DNA of 64,000 bases from Mobula hypostoma (taxonomy: Eukaryota): NCBI RefSeq assembly GCF_963921235.1, contig NC_086097.1:116934001-116998000 (forward strand), in the 5' to 3' direction. Both the position numbers and the translations under genes were made by a program. The notes below the pieces were generated by a model, which was not told the DNA's origin, did no database searches, and saw only the letters and a program-made list of their open reading frames with translations. Below, piece by piece: positions 62,191 through 64,000 of this stretch (position 1 is its first letter; every line of letters starts with the position of its first letter).

Positions 62191-62629
62191 CCAGGTGAGG
62201 AGAAAGGTAGGTGGGTGGGGAGAAGTGAGATTTTACTCTGGGCCTACTTTGTTAACTGAATTTTAATTGCTCATCCTGCACATTGGGATTCAAATTCAAA
62301 ATACAATAGAGGCCTGTTTCTGTTCCTCTATCTGTATTAATGGCACAGCAACTAAAGCACAATATCAACACAGCCTTATCAATCGGCAGCTGACCAGCCA
62401 CAGACACTAAGAACGATGTCAAAAAGCTGGTTTTAAAGGAGGAGACAGAAATGTAAGCCTCTTCCCGAGGAGGAGGAGCGGATGATTCAGCTCCTCAACA
62501 CTATTCAATACGGTTAGGGCTGATCAGACTGCACTCTCACCTACCCACAGTAACTTTCACCCCGGATTTACCTGCTACCTTAACAATATCCAACCGAGTA
62601 ACAGAGTAAATAAGCAACTTGTTGGAGGA

Positions 62630-63195
62630 ATTCCACTCCATCCTGCAGGTCATTAATATAAATAGTACATAACTGAGGGACAAGAACTCAGCCTTTGGGC
62701 TCTCCACTAGTTAAATACTTCCAGCCTGAAAGAGATCTGCCTATACTGGCTGACTGCTTTCCATGCCATACCTAATCGTCAATCTGTTGCAACACACTTC
62801 TCCTAACTCTTACTTTGTGGACCAGCCTTTTATGTGGCACCTTATCAAACGTTTTCTGGAAATCCAAATACACTGCATCTACAGACTGTGCTCTATCAGA
62901 CTGCTTGCTACATCCCCAAGAACTCCTGCAGGTTCATCCAGCAAGGTTAACAGTTAATAAAATCACGTTGTCGAAGATTCTCCAAATGGTTCACTGCTTC
63001 TTCCTTGATTATTGCTGCCAGCACCTTACCAACAGCAGATTTTAAGCTAGCCGTTTTTTGTCTTTCTCCCTTCTTGAAAATGAAGTCAGATTTGCAGATT
63101 GCCAATTCATTGGCACCTTCTATGACCTCAGGTAATTTTGAAGACTCTCAGCCAATAACACCATGATCACTGCACCTGCTTCCTTTAAAACTCTT
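62630..63195 (-). mobile_element. Decayed CR1 fragment
   Basis: atgtggcaccttatcaaac..ctggaaatccaaatacac is the reverse complement of the YLDFQK..DKVPH region. Confidence 0.65.
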
Positions 63196-63204
63196 GGTGC
63201 ATTC

Positions 63205-63817
63205 TTCAAGGTTCAAAGTAAATTTATTCTCAAAGTACATACTGTATAGGTCAACATATACTACCCTGAGATTCAATTTCTTGCAGGTGTTCATAGTAGA
63301 AGGTAGATTTACAGCAGAATTAATGAGAAACTATACAAAGACTGACAAACAATTGATGTGCAAAGGAAGACAAATTGTACAAACACAAGCAATAAATAAA
63401 TAATCAAACAAATCTGACAACAGGAGTGGTCGAGTCCCTGAAAGTGAGCCATGGGTTGTGCAATCAGTTTATGGATGAGGTGAGTGAAGTTATTCAGGAT
63501 GATTTAGGAGTCTGGTGGTTGAAAAGTAATAAGTGTTCCTGAACCTGGTGATGGGAGGGAGGAGGGGGCCTAAGGTCCCTGTGCTTCCTTCTTGATGGAA
63601 GCAGTGAGAAGACAGCATGGCCTGGATGGTGGGGTCCTTGTAGATGGATGCTGCTTTCTTGTGGCAGTGCTCCTTGTAGATGTGCTCAATGGTGGGGATT
63701 TTGTCTGCAAGGGATTGGGCTGTATCCCATCCCTTTTTATCAGCTTTTCTATTCTTGGGCGTTGGTGTTCCCATACAAGCTTTGATGCAACCAGTCCAGA
63801 TACTCTCCACTGCGCAT
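63205..63817 (-). mobile_element. Rex1/Babar-like LINE 3' fragment
   Basis: ESIWTGCI..KKAASIYKDP..RFRNTYYFSTTRLLN, with an aaggttcaaagtaaatttatt tail. Confidence 0.75.
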
Positions 63818-64000
63818 CTATTAGATTATGAGAACACTCAGTCCGCTTTTATTGTCATTTAGAAATGCATACATGCATTAAGAAATGATACAATGTTCCT
63901 CCAGAGTGATATCACAGAAAATAGGACAAACCAAAGACTAACGCAGACAAGACCACATAATTATAACATATAGTTACAGCAGTGCAAAGCAATATCATAA
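63818..64000 (-). mobile_element. Second copy of the 55373-56030 element (runs off window)
   Basis: Highly similar to 55376-55555. Confidence 0.8.

Overview
Eukaryotic vertebrate genomic DNA. The repeat content (HE1/V-SINE-like SINEs, abundant CR1, Penelope-like elements) suggests a cartilaginous fish, probably a ray; this is inference. The only host coding sequence I can support is the transmembrane and cytoplasmic-tail exon of NETO1 (1812-2392, +). It reads through a strong internal 5' splice site and ends in SVSIDF rather than the mammalian TTRV. A candidate phase-compatible alternative last exon lies at 9117-9204. The rest is putative 3' UTR or intergenic sequence with CNE-like unique stretches, two minisatellites, and an almost continuous nest of retroelements from about 27.9 kb onward (CR1, Rex1/Babar, RTE, Mag-like and chromodomain Gypsy, solo LTRs, Penelope-like elements). 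The most notable system is a family of Penelope-like elements and their fold-back derivatives carrying minimal hammerhead-ribozyme motifs. It includes a young TSD-flanked copy with an intact ribozyme core (42345-42380), a head-to-head inverted element inserted as one TSD-flanked unit (56813-59154), and a ~300-bp palindromic element (31738-32041). Boundaries of decayed repeats are approximate, and family names come from motif recognition, not database searches.
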